Of a stretch of DNA of 64,000 bases, positions 1 to 10,940 are shown one piece after another (positions within the stretch are counted from its first letter, which is position 1; the number at the start of each line of letters is the position of its first letter). The notes below the pieces were generated by a model. The model saw only the letters and a program-made list of their open reading frames with translations, did not search any database and was not told the origin of the DNA. The position numbers were made by a program, and so were the translations under genes. This stretch comes from Guillardia theta CCMP2712. Lineage: Eukaryota; Protista; Cryptophyta. The stretch is taken from contig NW_005434626.1 in NCBI RefSeq assembly GCF_000315625.1, positions 65,001 to 129,000 of the forward strand, given 5' to 3'.

Positions 1-489
1 TCCTCCACACTCTCCTCCGCCGTCTCCTCCTCCACCCTCCACCCTCTCCTCCTTGTCTCCTCCTTGTCTCCTCCTTGTCTCCTCCTCCACCCTCTCCTCC
101 TCCACCGTCTCCTCCTCCACCCTCTCATCCTTGACCAACCTCCAACTTCTCCTCGTCCCTCCAACTTCTCCTCGTCTTCCTTCCCCCTCCCGTTTTCCCC
201 TCGCCCCCGCCCAATTCCTCCCCACCCTCCTTTTCCTCTTCTTCTAATGCTGCCCTGCTCCTGCTGCCTGTCTATTCGAGCTCAGTCTCAACTACATTCT
301 CTCTTTACACCGTGATGCAATCCTCCAACGATCTCCCGCCTCACTTCGACCTTCGATTTGCCCTGCTACACTCAAGTTGCTTCACGTCCCCTATCGCTCT
401 TCCACAGCTTCACTCTCATATTGGTCTTGTTCATCATCTGGCCATGGACTTTACCTTCGGCTTCTGACTCTTTCTTCCTTGTCTTCCAG

Positions 490-3400
490 GCTCGTTTGCC
501 CCCCCTTGGATCGTCACGTTGTTGGTGTGGATACAGAGCTCTTGGGTCTCATGCTCACAACCGTGGACAGGAATGTGGTAAAGTCAGGTTGAAACTTTGA
601 GCTGTACGCCGCCGCTATGCTGGGTTCTTTGTCGCCGATGTCCAACGGTGTCAGAACACGCGAAGATCTGGAGAAGAAGGTTCAGGAGCAAGCTGAGCAG
701 ATCAAGAAATTGGCTGAGAGTCTTCACAATCAACAACTCAAGTGATTGGCCACCACTCCCCTGAGTTTGTGAGGTTGACTTTGCCTCCAAGGTTTCAGCA
801 ACTTCAGCAGAAGTATCAACAGCTGCACAATGAGAATGCTGTTCTCAAGGTACAGCGAGTGTGAACCAATCCGGACTGAAGGAGCTTGTCAGGCGTCCGG
901 GAAGACAGGAGGCGATGACCAAGGAGGCATCATGAGCGAGTTGTCCAAGAAAGATGCTATGCTTGACAGGTGCAGCGAACAGTGTTGTGGTGGAAGGCAG
1001 TGAATTTCTGTTTACAAAGGATGAAACGAGAAGCGAAGCAAGTGATTGATGCCCTTAAGAAGAAGCATGCTGAGGAGGTGATGATAAGCTCCTCCCTCTC
1101 TCCTTCCTTGTTCATGTGGGTGCAGATCGAAGCACTCAAGGCGTCTCACTTGACTCTGTCTCCTGCCTCTTCATCGAGCAGGGCAGCAGCTGGCGACCCG
1201 TCGAGCTCGCATGTACTGGAGGTTCTCACTGCTCTCACTTTCCTGACGTCGAGCGTGTCTAGCAGGGGCCTGCTGCTCATGTTGCAGCTCTCACTGCCGA
1301 GCTGGGGGAAGCAAGAGGACGGATCTCTGAACTAGAGGTGAGTTAGGAAGGGGAGTAGAGGAAGCAGAGTGTTACGGGCGAACGAGCAGGGTTGGGATGC
1401 GCGTCCGTGTCATACGGGAGAGAGTTGAGGAGAAGTTGAGGAGAAGGATTTGACGACACAACAGGTGAAGCTCAACGCAGCTGAAGAAGCTCAAGTGGAC
1501 AAGGAATGGCTGGAAGCAGACCTAATGGCCGCAAAGAGCGAGATCGAGAACTTGAAGAAGGACTTGGCTCTCGCACAAGCAAACTCACACGTCAGGGACG
1601 GAGCGAAGGAGCACGAGAAGGAGATGAAGAGGTTGATTGAGGAGTCGAAGCGGTTGAAAGAGACCAACGAGGAGATGAAGAGTGCTGTTGCTGCCGCCGA
1701 GCAAGGGAAGCTGACTCTTCAATCCGCGCTGGCAGCCATGGAAAGAGAAGTAGGAGAGAAGAAGCAGCAGGAGGAGAAGAGGGAGGAAACTGCGAGATTG
1801 CTGGAGAAGGAGTTGGAGGAAGCAACAGGGGAGATAAAGACACTCCGAGCTAAGATTTTTGAGCTGGAGGAGGACGGTGAATTGCTTCGAAAAGATCTCG
1901 AGGCCACGAAAAGGAAGCTGGAGGAGCAACAGGCCAAGTTTGAGGAAGAAAAGCTTGCAAGCGAGGAAAGACTTCAGTCGAGCAGCAAGGTGACAGAAGA
2001 GGACACTCGCTCCTGCTCACGTTCTTGCAGAGTCCCACGACTTCTCTGCAGCTGGGAGACATGCAGGGCGAGGTCTGTCTGATTGTCCGCCAGGTCCTTG
2101 AAGCCATCGATCTCGCCAACCTAGTCGAGGCTGATGGAAAGTCGCTGGTGCAAGAGGCATGCAGTCTGCAGGAGCAGCAGGCAGCCCGAGAGAAGGAGAG
2201 CAGGGAGATGAAACTGGAGGTTAACGAGAAGGAGAGCAAGATTGAAGGACTGCAGAGCCAGTTGGCAGAGCAGAAGCAGTTAGTCTTCGAGCACCAGCAG
2301 ACCGTGCAGGAGTTGAAACGAGCCAAAGCTAGCATGGAGGAGGAGCTCGAGAGTTTGCAAGTCGAGAACAAGAAGCAGAAAGAGCAGATCACCAAGATCA
2401 AGAACGAAGCGCAGAAGGCGACTGACAAGAGCAAGACTTTGGTTGAAGAGGCACAGATGGCGAAGATCGAGCTCGAGAAAGACCTGGTCCAATACCAGGA
2501 GAAGATCGCAACCCAGGACGCCAGGATCGCCGAATTGCAGAACGAAAGACAGACTCTCATGGCAGTGAGGGCTGAGCTGGCGAGTCACAAGTCTGAATGG
2601 GAAGCCCTAGAGTCACAGCTGAGGCAGCAGCTGCAGGAGAGCGAGGAGGAGAGATCGCGTGCGGAGGAAAGAGAGGCGATCCTGAGGCAGAAGGCGGAGG
2701 AGCTGGAGGAGACCATGGCAAGGCAGGGCAACGCTCATGAGGTGCAGGAGCTGGAGATGCAGCTGCGAGAAGCGAACGAGAAGCTGGCGAAGTTGATGCA
2801 GCATGAGGAGCATGTGGAGACCATGCACAAGGCAGACGTGGACCACCTGAGGAGCGAGAATCAAGCGCTGCGAGAGAAGAACGACAAATATCGACAGATC
2901 TTGCAGCGAGTGAAGGACGAGAGGGCGCAGGAGGAGCAGCAGAAGCTCAAGGACGAGCAAGTGGAAGCAGCGCACAAGCAGGAGATCGAGAAGCTCAGGG
3001 AGAAGATCCTGGAGCTGCAGGCTGCTCCCAGCCATGCTTCCGCATCCAACGGCTTCGTGGCCTACTCGGACCTGATGAATGCGAGGGAGGAGATATCTCA
3101 GCTGGAGGAGGAGCTGAGGGCTGCGCGCATGGAGAGTCAGATGCTGAGGAGAGAGCTCCAGGGGCACAACCAACAGCAAGAGGAGGGGGTCAACCGCGAC
3201 GCCTTCCCTTCAGCGGGCGATCGGTTAGGCCCCGAGGCCGAATGGAGCAATTGGCAGGGCGCGAGCACGTTTGCCAACCCGGCGGCTCCCAGTGCTCTCG
3301 AGTCAAGTGCGGCATGCTCCAGCTCTAGCCCCGGGGCCTTCCAAGAGCTGCGGCACGACGAGGAGGGAGTAGCGTTCTACTCGCAGCGGGCTCTGTGCCT

Positions 3401-4841
3401 CGCAAGCGAGGAGGAGGTCCAAAGCGCGTTGAGCAACATCGAGGGACTCCTGGAGAAGTGCCGAGCGGACTGCCCCCCGTCGTCTGCCGTCCTGACAAGA
3501 CTCGTGAGCGAGGTAGAGCTGCTGCGTCCGATGGTCAGCCTGCGGGAACCAGCAGGAGAGACGGTGAGGAGGCGTCTTTCCTCCTCGGCGAGTACTCACT
3601 GGTCCGCCAGGTGGAGGTCAGGAGCTGGGAGGAGCTCTCGATGCTCCTCTTCGTGAACTCCGACATGCCCGACGGAAGTCCCTTCGTGTTCTGCGGCATG
3701 CCGGACTCCGAGTCTCGTCTCCTTACCAGCGCACAGCAGGTAAGCACATGACGAACTGCTGCCCAGGCTACGTGAACGGGGAAGTGACGTCCACTAGGTG
3801 AGCGAGAGATGCCAAGACAAGGAGTTGGCGATCGTGGAGGTGACAAGTAACTGCGCGCTTAACTTGCTGACATGCTGTCAAGAACTTCCGCAAGGAAGCG
3901 AGCAAGCGACTTTCAACTTCGGCCTCTGCGTTGGAGTGGATGGTGAGCAAACTAAGGAGCAGAATGCGCTTAGGGGGAGATGAGAGGGACGAGGGTAGAT
4001 GAACGGGGGGAGACGAGTTGAGTGAGCAGGAGATTGCAGGCGCTGGGCCATAGGAATGGCCTGCCGACGAGGATGATCGATTTTTGCTCTTCTCCTCTCG
4101 CTGCTGTTCACTGCGCAACTCTGGGAGCAGAAGACAAGCCGGGAGTGAGTGAGTTGCTTCCTGCTGGAAGGAACTGACAAGCTTCAGGTCGTGTGGGCGG
4201 TGGATGCGAGCGTTTGTCACGAGAGCAGTCACTTCTTCCCTCTGTGGAAACAGGATGCGAGCTGGTGGAAAGCGTCAGCAAGGAGGGGAAGAGCTCGAGG
4301 CTTTTCTGGGGGGAAAGTGATGTCAGGAGAGGAGTTTGAGGATTTCGTGCTTTACGGGAAAGAGAAAGCGGAACGAGAGCGAGGGATGGAGATGGGAATG
4401 GAGGAAGACAGAAATCAGCCGCTGGGACACGAAGAGAGGGTCGAGGCCATTGACCTTCAGGTGTTCGGCGACTCTGTCTTCTTTGTAGAGCCGACGATCC
4501 CCGGCGAGTCGCTCTCCTCCACCTCCTCCTCTTCAATGCAACAGGTGGTAATACCCGAAGTTAGGCTTCTTCCTCATCACGTTGCAGGGCCACATCGTCG
4601 CGATCATGGCGGATCGTTACAGGCGGCTGGAGGAGTGGCTGACGAGGAGGCCGGGAGCGTGAGTTGTCCCGTGACTAGGGGAGAAGGGAAGCTAAGCAGG
4701 CGCAGGTACCGTCGCATCCTCATCCCTGCTCGGCTCAAGCGTTCTATCCGGTCGCGGCTGGACCAGTCGGGGCTGACAGAGAAAACGCTGCAGCCCGGGC
4801 TAGACGGGCTGTGCAAGTGGATCCGCAGATGTCACACATGA
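490..4841 (+). CDS. Multi-exon long coiled-coil protein with C-terminal divergent FRG domain (5' start uncertain)
   Basis: E/K/Q-rich coiled-coil ORFs 1450-2082 and 2025-3656. Phase-0 intron 3564-3610 joins them to VEVRSWEELSMLLF..SPFVFCGMPD. Later exons read NFRKEASKRLSTSASALEWM / ALGHRNGLPTRMIDFCSSPLAAVHCAT / VVWAVD / FFVEP / LEEWLTRRPGAYRRILIPARLKRSIRSRLDQSGLTEKTLQPGLDGLCKWIRRCHT*, collinear with bacterial FRG-domain proteins. Confidence 0.75.
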
Positions 4842-4849
4842 AGTGAAGA

Positions 4850-5900
4850 GGTTGAGACAGACGCCTGCTAGGGCAGAGGAAGCAGAGGAGCTTGAGACTC
4901 GATTTGACGCTCGGTGGTCCCTCCAGACCGGATGAGCTCTGACAGTCGTTGTGTGCTCGTCCTCCAAGCAACGCCGTCCCTGAAGTGACTGGCGATGCAC
5001 ATCGAAGGAGGATACTCCTGCTCTCGCCCCGACTCATCCTCTCGTCCTATCCCCTCCTCCTTCCTTGCTCCGTCATGGCTCGGAGATCCCTTACAAGCAT
5101 GTCAGCTTCACTCAGCACAGAGCTTCACCTATCCTCCCCCATTTCTCCCTCTGACCCACAACCTCGCAGCTGAGTCTCGTTCCTCCATCTTCTCACCTCT
5201 GCTGGAGGTCGCAGGGTCCTCGGGAAGGGTTCGGGCGGTGGGACATGCCTCCTTCTCTCGTCCATGTTGCTGCGAGCTCGTCAGAACCGCACAAGCGTCA
5301 AGTCAGTCGCACAGGCTCTTGTTTCCCACAGCCTCCATCCCCTCCTCGCTCCTCCTCCCGTTGGCCTCACAGACGCGTGCGATGTCTTCATGGTCATGGC
5401 CTATGTCGAGCAAAACTTCTTGGCACCAGTCGTCTCTCTCCCTTGTCAGCGACTGAGCCATGCACTGGTCTCTATCCTGATCCCTGCTCTCATTATCGTC
5501 CAGCTCCGACCCACTGAGCCTCCAGGTAGACAGGAATCGCTGGTGAGCTTGCAGCACGCGCGACTCGCATTCCTTCCTCAGTTCCTCCCAGCGCCCGTTG
5601 GTCATCGTCCTCCCGAACCTGCTGGCATCATGGAACAATCAGGCCACCGTCAACCTCATGAGCTCCTCCCTCCTCTTCTCTCTCCTACCTCCTCCCATCA
5701 TCCCTCTCCATCTGCATCTCTCTCACTCGGTCTTCCTCTGCCTCCCTCTACTCTCCCCTACTTCAGTTTTCAGTCTAGCTGAGAGTCTGATGTGGCAACC
5801 CTAACCATGTCAAGTTTCTCGCTCCCGAGCCTGGGTTCGATCATCACATCACTGTCGTAGGCTACACTTCGTTGAGTGCCTCCTACTGACATGGTGGAGT
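4850..5900 (-). CDS. Hypothetical multi-exon protein
   Basis: Charged coding-like ORF 5303-5638 plus neighbouring exon-like segments separated by purine/pyrimidine-skewed introns; no recognisable domain; ends uncertain. Confidence 0.45.
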
Positions 5901-6923
5901 TGTCTCCTCTCCTTCCTCTCCCTCCTTGCTCTTTCCGAGTCTTTCTCTGAGCCTCGGAATGACAAGGTGAAAAAAAACAATCACAGTCAACAAGGCGGGC
6001 CCGCGGCCCGCGGCCCCGCGATCACTGTGTCATCGACATTCAAGCCTTGAATATTTCCGGGCCCCCGGAGTCCTTTCCCGGGCCGGGCGACCTGGCAGGT
6101 CACCGGGTCGAGTCGCCTCAGGCTGCCCACTTCAATGAAGTCTCAAGCCTAGTTGGCCCCAACTCCCGGGTGCCGAAGTTCAGGTATCATATGCCTCAGC
6201 ACTGTCACGGTCTTACTAGTGACTCAAAGTTAAGTTCAACAAGTAAAATCAGTACAAGGACACAATGATCACTTGGAGAGTCGAGGAGGCTTGACCCTGA
6301 CACTCTGTCGACGGTCCCACAGGGCCAAACGGCGAGAAGAGAAAAGATCGGACTAAGCGAGAACCAAACCTTAGGGCCTGCCAACTGCCGCAGTGCTGTC
6401 CGACGCCGACGGTTCCCCAAACTTACTGCCGGTGGCAGGCTCATCTTTTACTCAAATTAAAGGTAAAAATCAGAAAGAGGACAATCAGGAGAGCTCATCA
6501 GTACCGTTCACATGTCATGATGCAGTCAACGTGACGTGACAGCGGCCGACCCGGGCTCAGTTCAGAATGGCGGCGACCCGGAGCGGCAAGTCGGGCCGGG
6601 CGGCCGGAGTCCGGCTGACCGAGCCCGCCCCCCGCCTAGGTGACCGTACCGTACTGCTGGCGTACTACCACACGGTTTGAAACCGTGAAGTACTCAAACG
6701 GTCGCAGTGGCGGCCGCACTGATTCCGAGCCAAAAAGCCATCAGCGGCTGTCTGCACTACCGGCAACGAATTGCAATGATGATGTGAACTTTGAGAGATT
6801 CATTTTTAGTAGTTTACAAACACGCAAATCAATTTATAATCTACAGCAAGCTCAGCCGCAGCAGCCTTGAACTTCCAAGTCTGCAAAGCAGCTCCATCAG
6901 CTTGCACAAGGCAAGTTCACTCT

Positions 6924-7868
6924 TTAAAAGGTCGGCCTCCATTCCATAACAAGAGGATCATTCATTCCTCCTCCACGTAGATCTCGCGCGAGTGCTTGCA
7001 ACCGTCGAGAAGCGAGCTCATCCTCCACTTGGCTCCAAGAGAGAGACTCTGACTGTGCTTCCACTTGTCTCGGGAGGTTCCAACAGCTGTAGTCCATCAT
7101 GGAAGTAGCAGGAGAAGAACTGTCCGAATAACAGGACTTGGGAATAGGAACAATACTTGAGCTCAAGAAGAAAGGAAAACATCTTTCTTCGACTTCGGAC
7201 AGATCTTCATTGCTCGTGCCGCTGGTATCAGTCATGGTGGTTGAGTGGAGGTAATCTAAATCATCTCCCAACTGCTCCTCCACCGGCGATTCTGATTTTT
7301 CCATAAGCGGCCAAGTGATGGAGTCTAGTGCTGAGAGATCACTCTCCAACTTCTTGTTCTTCATGTTCGCTCGCCGACGCCTTGGCTTAGAGTCCTTGGA
7401 TCCAATGGGTCGACCAGGAGATCTCATCTTGATGCCCTTGGGTCTTATGATCTTGCTGCCGTCCTGTAGCTTGTCCTCTGACTTGACAAGGCCAGAGTCC
7501 AGGCCCTCTCCTTGAGCGCTGTTTGCATATGCGTCCTTGGTTGCATGCGCCCACGTCCGACGATTCCACACATCTCGGACGGCTTTGGGACTGACACCAA
7601 ACTTTTTGGCAAGCAATTGGCTGTTCCCAGCAAGCTTGCTGGGGTTGGGATCGTCTTTGTCTGGAGGGCGCAAAGCATAGATCAAGGCTGCTTGTTCCTT
7701 TGTCAAGGTCGCCCGAAACCTGCGACGAGCAGGTCGTCCTTGACCTCCAGCTGCAGGGCCCAGCGCCTGTTTCGAGGTTGCGGCAGAGCCGCTAAAAGTG
7801 TTCATCGTTCTGACTGAAAAAGAAGAGAACGTACTATCCAGCATCCGAGCAATCAATTGTTCAAACAA
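6924..7868 (-). CDS. Intronless HTH-domain protein with AT-hook-like motif (putative transcription factor)
   Basis: RATLTKEQAALIYALRP...SQLLAKKFGVSPKAVRDVWNRRTW (helix-turn-helix), then PGRPIGSKDSKPRRRR and a Ser-rich acidic tail. True start is probably one of the internal ATGs (MLDS or MNTF). Confidence 0.75.
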   Translation of the reverse strand: MFEQLIARMLDSTFSSFSVRTMNTFSGSAATSKQALGPAAGGQGRPARRRFRATLTKEQAALIYALRPPDKDDPNPSKLAGNSQLLAKKFGVSPKAVRDVWNRRTWAHATKDAYANSAQGEGLDSGLVKSEDKLQDGSKIIRPKGIKMRSPGRPIGSKDSKPRRRRANMKNKKLESDLSALDSITWPLMEKSESPVEEQLGDDLDYLHSTTMTDTSGTSNEDLSEVEERCFPFFLSSSIVPIPKSCYSDSSSPATSMMDYSCWNLPRQVEAQSESLSWSQVEDELASRRLQALARDLRGGGMNDPLVMEWRPTF

Positions 7869-9387
7869 CTTCTAACTCTCGTCATACACGGGTACAGATA
7901 ACAACCAGCGAGCACAAGGAATGGTGGAGTGAAGGTTCGAAGGAGAAGGGAGATGGGCTGGAAAGAATTCAGCTCAATGAAGAGAAGTGAGAGGATGAGC
8001 AAGTGGTCAGAAGAGCAGTGTTGAACACGAAGGCGGAACAATGTGAGTGTGTGGCAACAAGGGGAAAGGATTGGGGGCAGGGAAGCAGCGACAGACTAGG
8101 TAGGGTCCAGAAGAGGGGAGAAGGGAGGGTAGTCCACCGGAAAACACTATCAAATTTCAATCGATGGGGTGGGTCAGGATGGGTAGTGGATAATCAAGGG
8201 TAGGTGGTACATAATTCTCAGAATGACCAGGGTCATTTCCTAACAAAGATCTCTATTATGTACGGGTGTGAATATTTGGGTAGGGGTACTTTCCGCTATC
8301 CCTGACGAAAATTTAGGTGGGGGTGGCACTGATTAACGATCTCGGGGGACGAGATACCGCAGGGGCCAAAAAGAAGCCATTTGGGACCACCCCCCCCCTG
8401 TATCCCACTGATTCCTTAGAAAATAACCCCTACATCGATGACCTACCCATCGTTTCAGACATGACAGGTGGGTGGGTCATTCAAAAAGAAAAGAATCTCC
8501 ATGAGGAGATCACGATCTCCAGGAAGGAGATACCCCTTTCCCGGATCATCAGGGCCCGCCCCAGTGTCGCGACTGCGGTCCGTGCCCGTGACCATGCGGC
8601 CGCCACGACCGTGACTTTTTGAAAGCGAGCCCGACCTACCGTAGTACTAGTCACTAGGGCAGCGCGGGTAGCAGTGCGGCGCCGTGCCCGCGACCCGCCC
8701 GGCCGGGCCGGGCGGGCGGGCGGCGGGGCGCACTCGCCGCACAGGCTGCGGCACCACCGTGACGAGGCTCAGTGCAGCCGCTGCCCGGCGGGGGGCCGGC
8801 CGCCCGGCGCCGCCGACTCGGCCCGGTCGGACTCAGTCTCGCCGGCCCCCGCCGGGCCCGAGTCACGCCGGTCCGCCGGCCCGCCGAGCAGGCCGCCCGG
8901 CCGCGCGGCCCGCGCCGGCGCCTAGGCCAGTCACTGAGTCAGTGCGACATTGCTAAGTTGTGGCACGTTGCCGGGCCCCGGGCCTCGAGACTCTCTTACA
9001 CCGGGAGAGCAGAATGATGCCCTGGCAGAACCTCAGGCAGACAACGCAAACGGGTGGAGGAAGGGGAAGAGGAGGGAGGAAGAGGAGGGAGGAAGAGGAG
9101 GGAAGCTGAGGAGCTGAGGGAGGAACTCACAGCGATATCAGAAGACCTGCAATAGATAGCGAGAGCAGAAGGGAGATCGAATTTGAGAGGGATGGAGACA
9201 GTTGCGAGTGGAAAGTGAAATTTAGAGAAATTTGCCACGAATGGAAGTTTTTTCCCGGGGGCAAGGAGGGATGAAAGATCCACAGGATACTTTTTACTTA
9301 TGGATATACTCGATGATGGGGGAAGTGGGATAGGGACAGAGTGATACTGAAAAGCGAGTTCAGTTCTGATGTGTTTTCCACCAGGGT

Positions 9388-10830
9388 ATGTTGACGCAGC
9401 TTCAAATTTCGAGGTGCGGCATGCAGCGCACGGCAAGAGTGTTTCGAGCATGCGTCCAGGCAGTCAAGCCTTGTGACGGAGCATCTATCCCAAGGTTGAG
9501 CTCTTTGAGACAGCCAGCTGCTCAGAGCCGAACCTTGCGGACGTTGGTATGGTCGCAAAGCGCACGAGGTGGTTCAGCAGCGGCAAGTCCCGACATGAAC
9601 AAGTTGATTTGGAGCGGGAGGGCGTTGGGGTGTCTGGCGATTGGTGGTATAGCCATTGCGTTGCCAAATACTTCATACTCAGAGGGAAAGCCGCAGTTAA
9701 CTCACCTTGAGCAAGTAGTCCAATCGCAGGTATCTGACAAGTCTAAGGCAAACAAAATCATTCATCTGGGATTGCATCACCTTGAAATAGAGAAGCTCGA
9801 TGCGATGTTCCAGCATAAAGATGGAGAGTTAAAGCTAGCAAAGGATACTTTGAGCAAAGAAGACTTTCATTCTGGCCTGAAACTTCTTGGAGTGCAGAAG
9901 GAGGATGAAATTGATTCTTTGTTTGATATCCTGCAGAAGCAAGGACAGATCGATCGCAACATTTTCCTTGCTAGTGTGGTAGCTGCAAGCGCACACAGTG
10001 AAGAGGTGAAACTTCGCTCACTCTTTCAGTTGGCCAGCAAGGGTAGCAATGCGGCGAGCAGGCTGTCCCTCGAGCAAGTCCTCACAAGTTTGTTTGAAGC
10101 TGCTCTCCTGCTCACAGACGGTCATGCGTTCGACCACGCGAAGCTCGACAGCCTGGGCCTCAACAAGGAGCAGGCGGTGAGTAGTTTAGTGCAGCAGGCA
10201 ATCAACGAGATGGCGGGTCCCAAGGCAAAGAACATCTCTGACTTGGAGTTTAACGCCTGGAGCTCGCGACATTCGTCCTGCGAATCTGCATACAGTCATC
10301 TCCTACACGCCGCCCAAGGGAGCAGGGAAGCGCATGAGCTCGATCCCACGCGCTACGGAGGGTACGCGTTCCTGTTGGCAAGGTTCGCCAAGTTCGCTCA
10401 AGCCAAGGTGAGGTTCCTCGCCTTCACCTCCGACGTAGGGGAAGCGATGCGGCCTGTGGTGCCGGTCTGGATGGTCAACGCGACTTACGCCATCGCCATT
10501 GGCTACTGCGTGACTGACGTGGCGATCGTGGGGTATCAGGAGCACAAGAGGAACGGGAATGTGGTGCGAGCGGTCACGTTCCAAACCATCTTCCAGGGTT
10601 TGGCGTCTATCGCCCTCCCCTTCGCTATCATTCACACCAGCGTGCATGCCTGCCACAAGGCCTTGAAGCAACGTGCCCCCAAGTACGCTCAGATCGGCCC
10701 GACGATTCTGGGGCTGGCCATCATTCCCTTTCTTCCTATGGTGTGTGACGAGCCCGTGGAGCACCTGCTGGAGTACGCCTTCGACAAGGCCTGGCCGGTG
10801 GAGGGCGACCATCACCACAAGGATGATTGA
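9388..10830 (+). CDS. MTFP1: Mitochondrial fission process protein 1 (MTP18) with N-terminal degenerate EF-hand-like region
   Basis: C-terminal RFLAFTSDVGEAMRPVVP..YAIAIGYCVTDV..FQGLASIALP..GLAIIPFLP..DEPVE matches the MTP18 family. Arg/Ser-rich presequence-like N-terminus; middle LSKEDFHSGLKLLG..EIDSLFDIL..KLRSLFQL resembles calcineurin-B/NCS EF-hands. Confidence 0.8.
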   Translation: MLTQLQISRCGMQRTARVFRACVQAVKPCDGASIPRLSSLRQPAAQSRTLRTLVWSQSARGGSAAASPDMNKLIWSGRALGCLAIGGIAIALPNTSYSEGKPQLTHLEQVVQSQVSDKSKANKIIHLGLHHLEIEKLDAMFQHKDGELKLAKDTLSKEDFHSGLKLLGVQKEDEIDSLFDILQKQGQIDRNIFLASVVAASAHSEEVKLRSLFQLASKGSNAASRLSLEQVLTSLFEAALLLTDGHAFDHAKLDSLGLNKEQAVSSLVQQAINEMAGPKAKNISDLEFNAWSSRHSSCESAYSHLLHAAQGSREAHELDPTRYGGYAFLLARFAKFAQAKVRFLAFTSDVGEAMRPVVPVWMVNATYAIAIGYCVTDVAIVGYQEHKRNGNVVRAVTFQTIFQGLASIALPFAIIHTSVHACHKALKQRAPKYAQIGPTILGLAIIPFLPMVCDEPVEHLLEYAFDKAWPVEGDHHHKDD

Positions 10831-10940
10831 GAGTCTAGGGAGGCGTGCAATCTTGCTCTCAGGTGCACAGAGCACAATCAGAGCGCGCAAACGTTACCCA
10901 CGTAGTTTTTCCTCGCACTACTCTCCAGTTTTGAAGTCAG

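Noticed and set aside
1-245. Ser/Pro/Leu-rich ORFs at window start
   Set aside because: Pyrimidine-rich TCC low-complexity tract; no coding signal.
8654-9017. Arg/Pro/Gly-rich ORFs in GC island
   Set aside because: Open in several frames simply because of extreme GC content; treated as non-coding.
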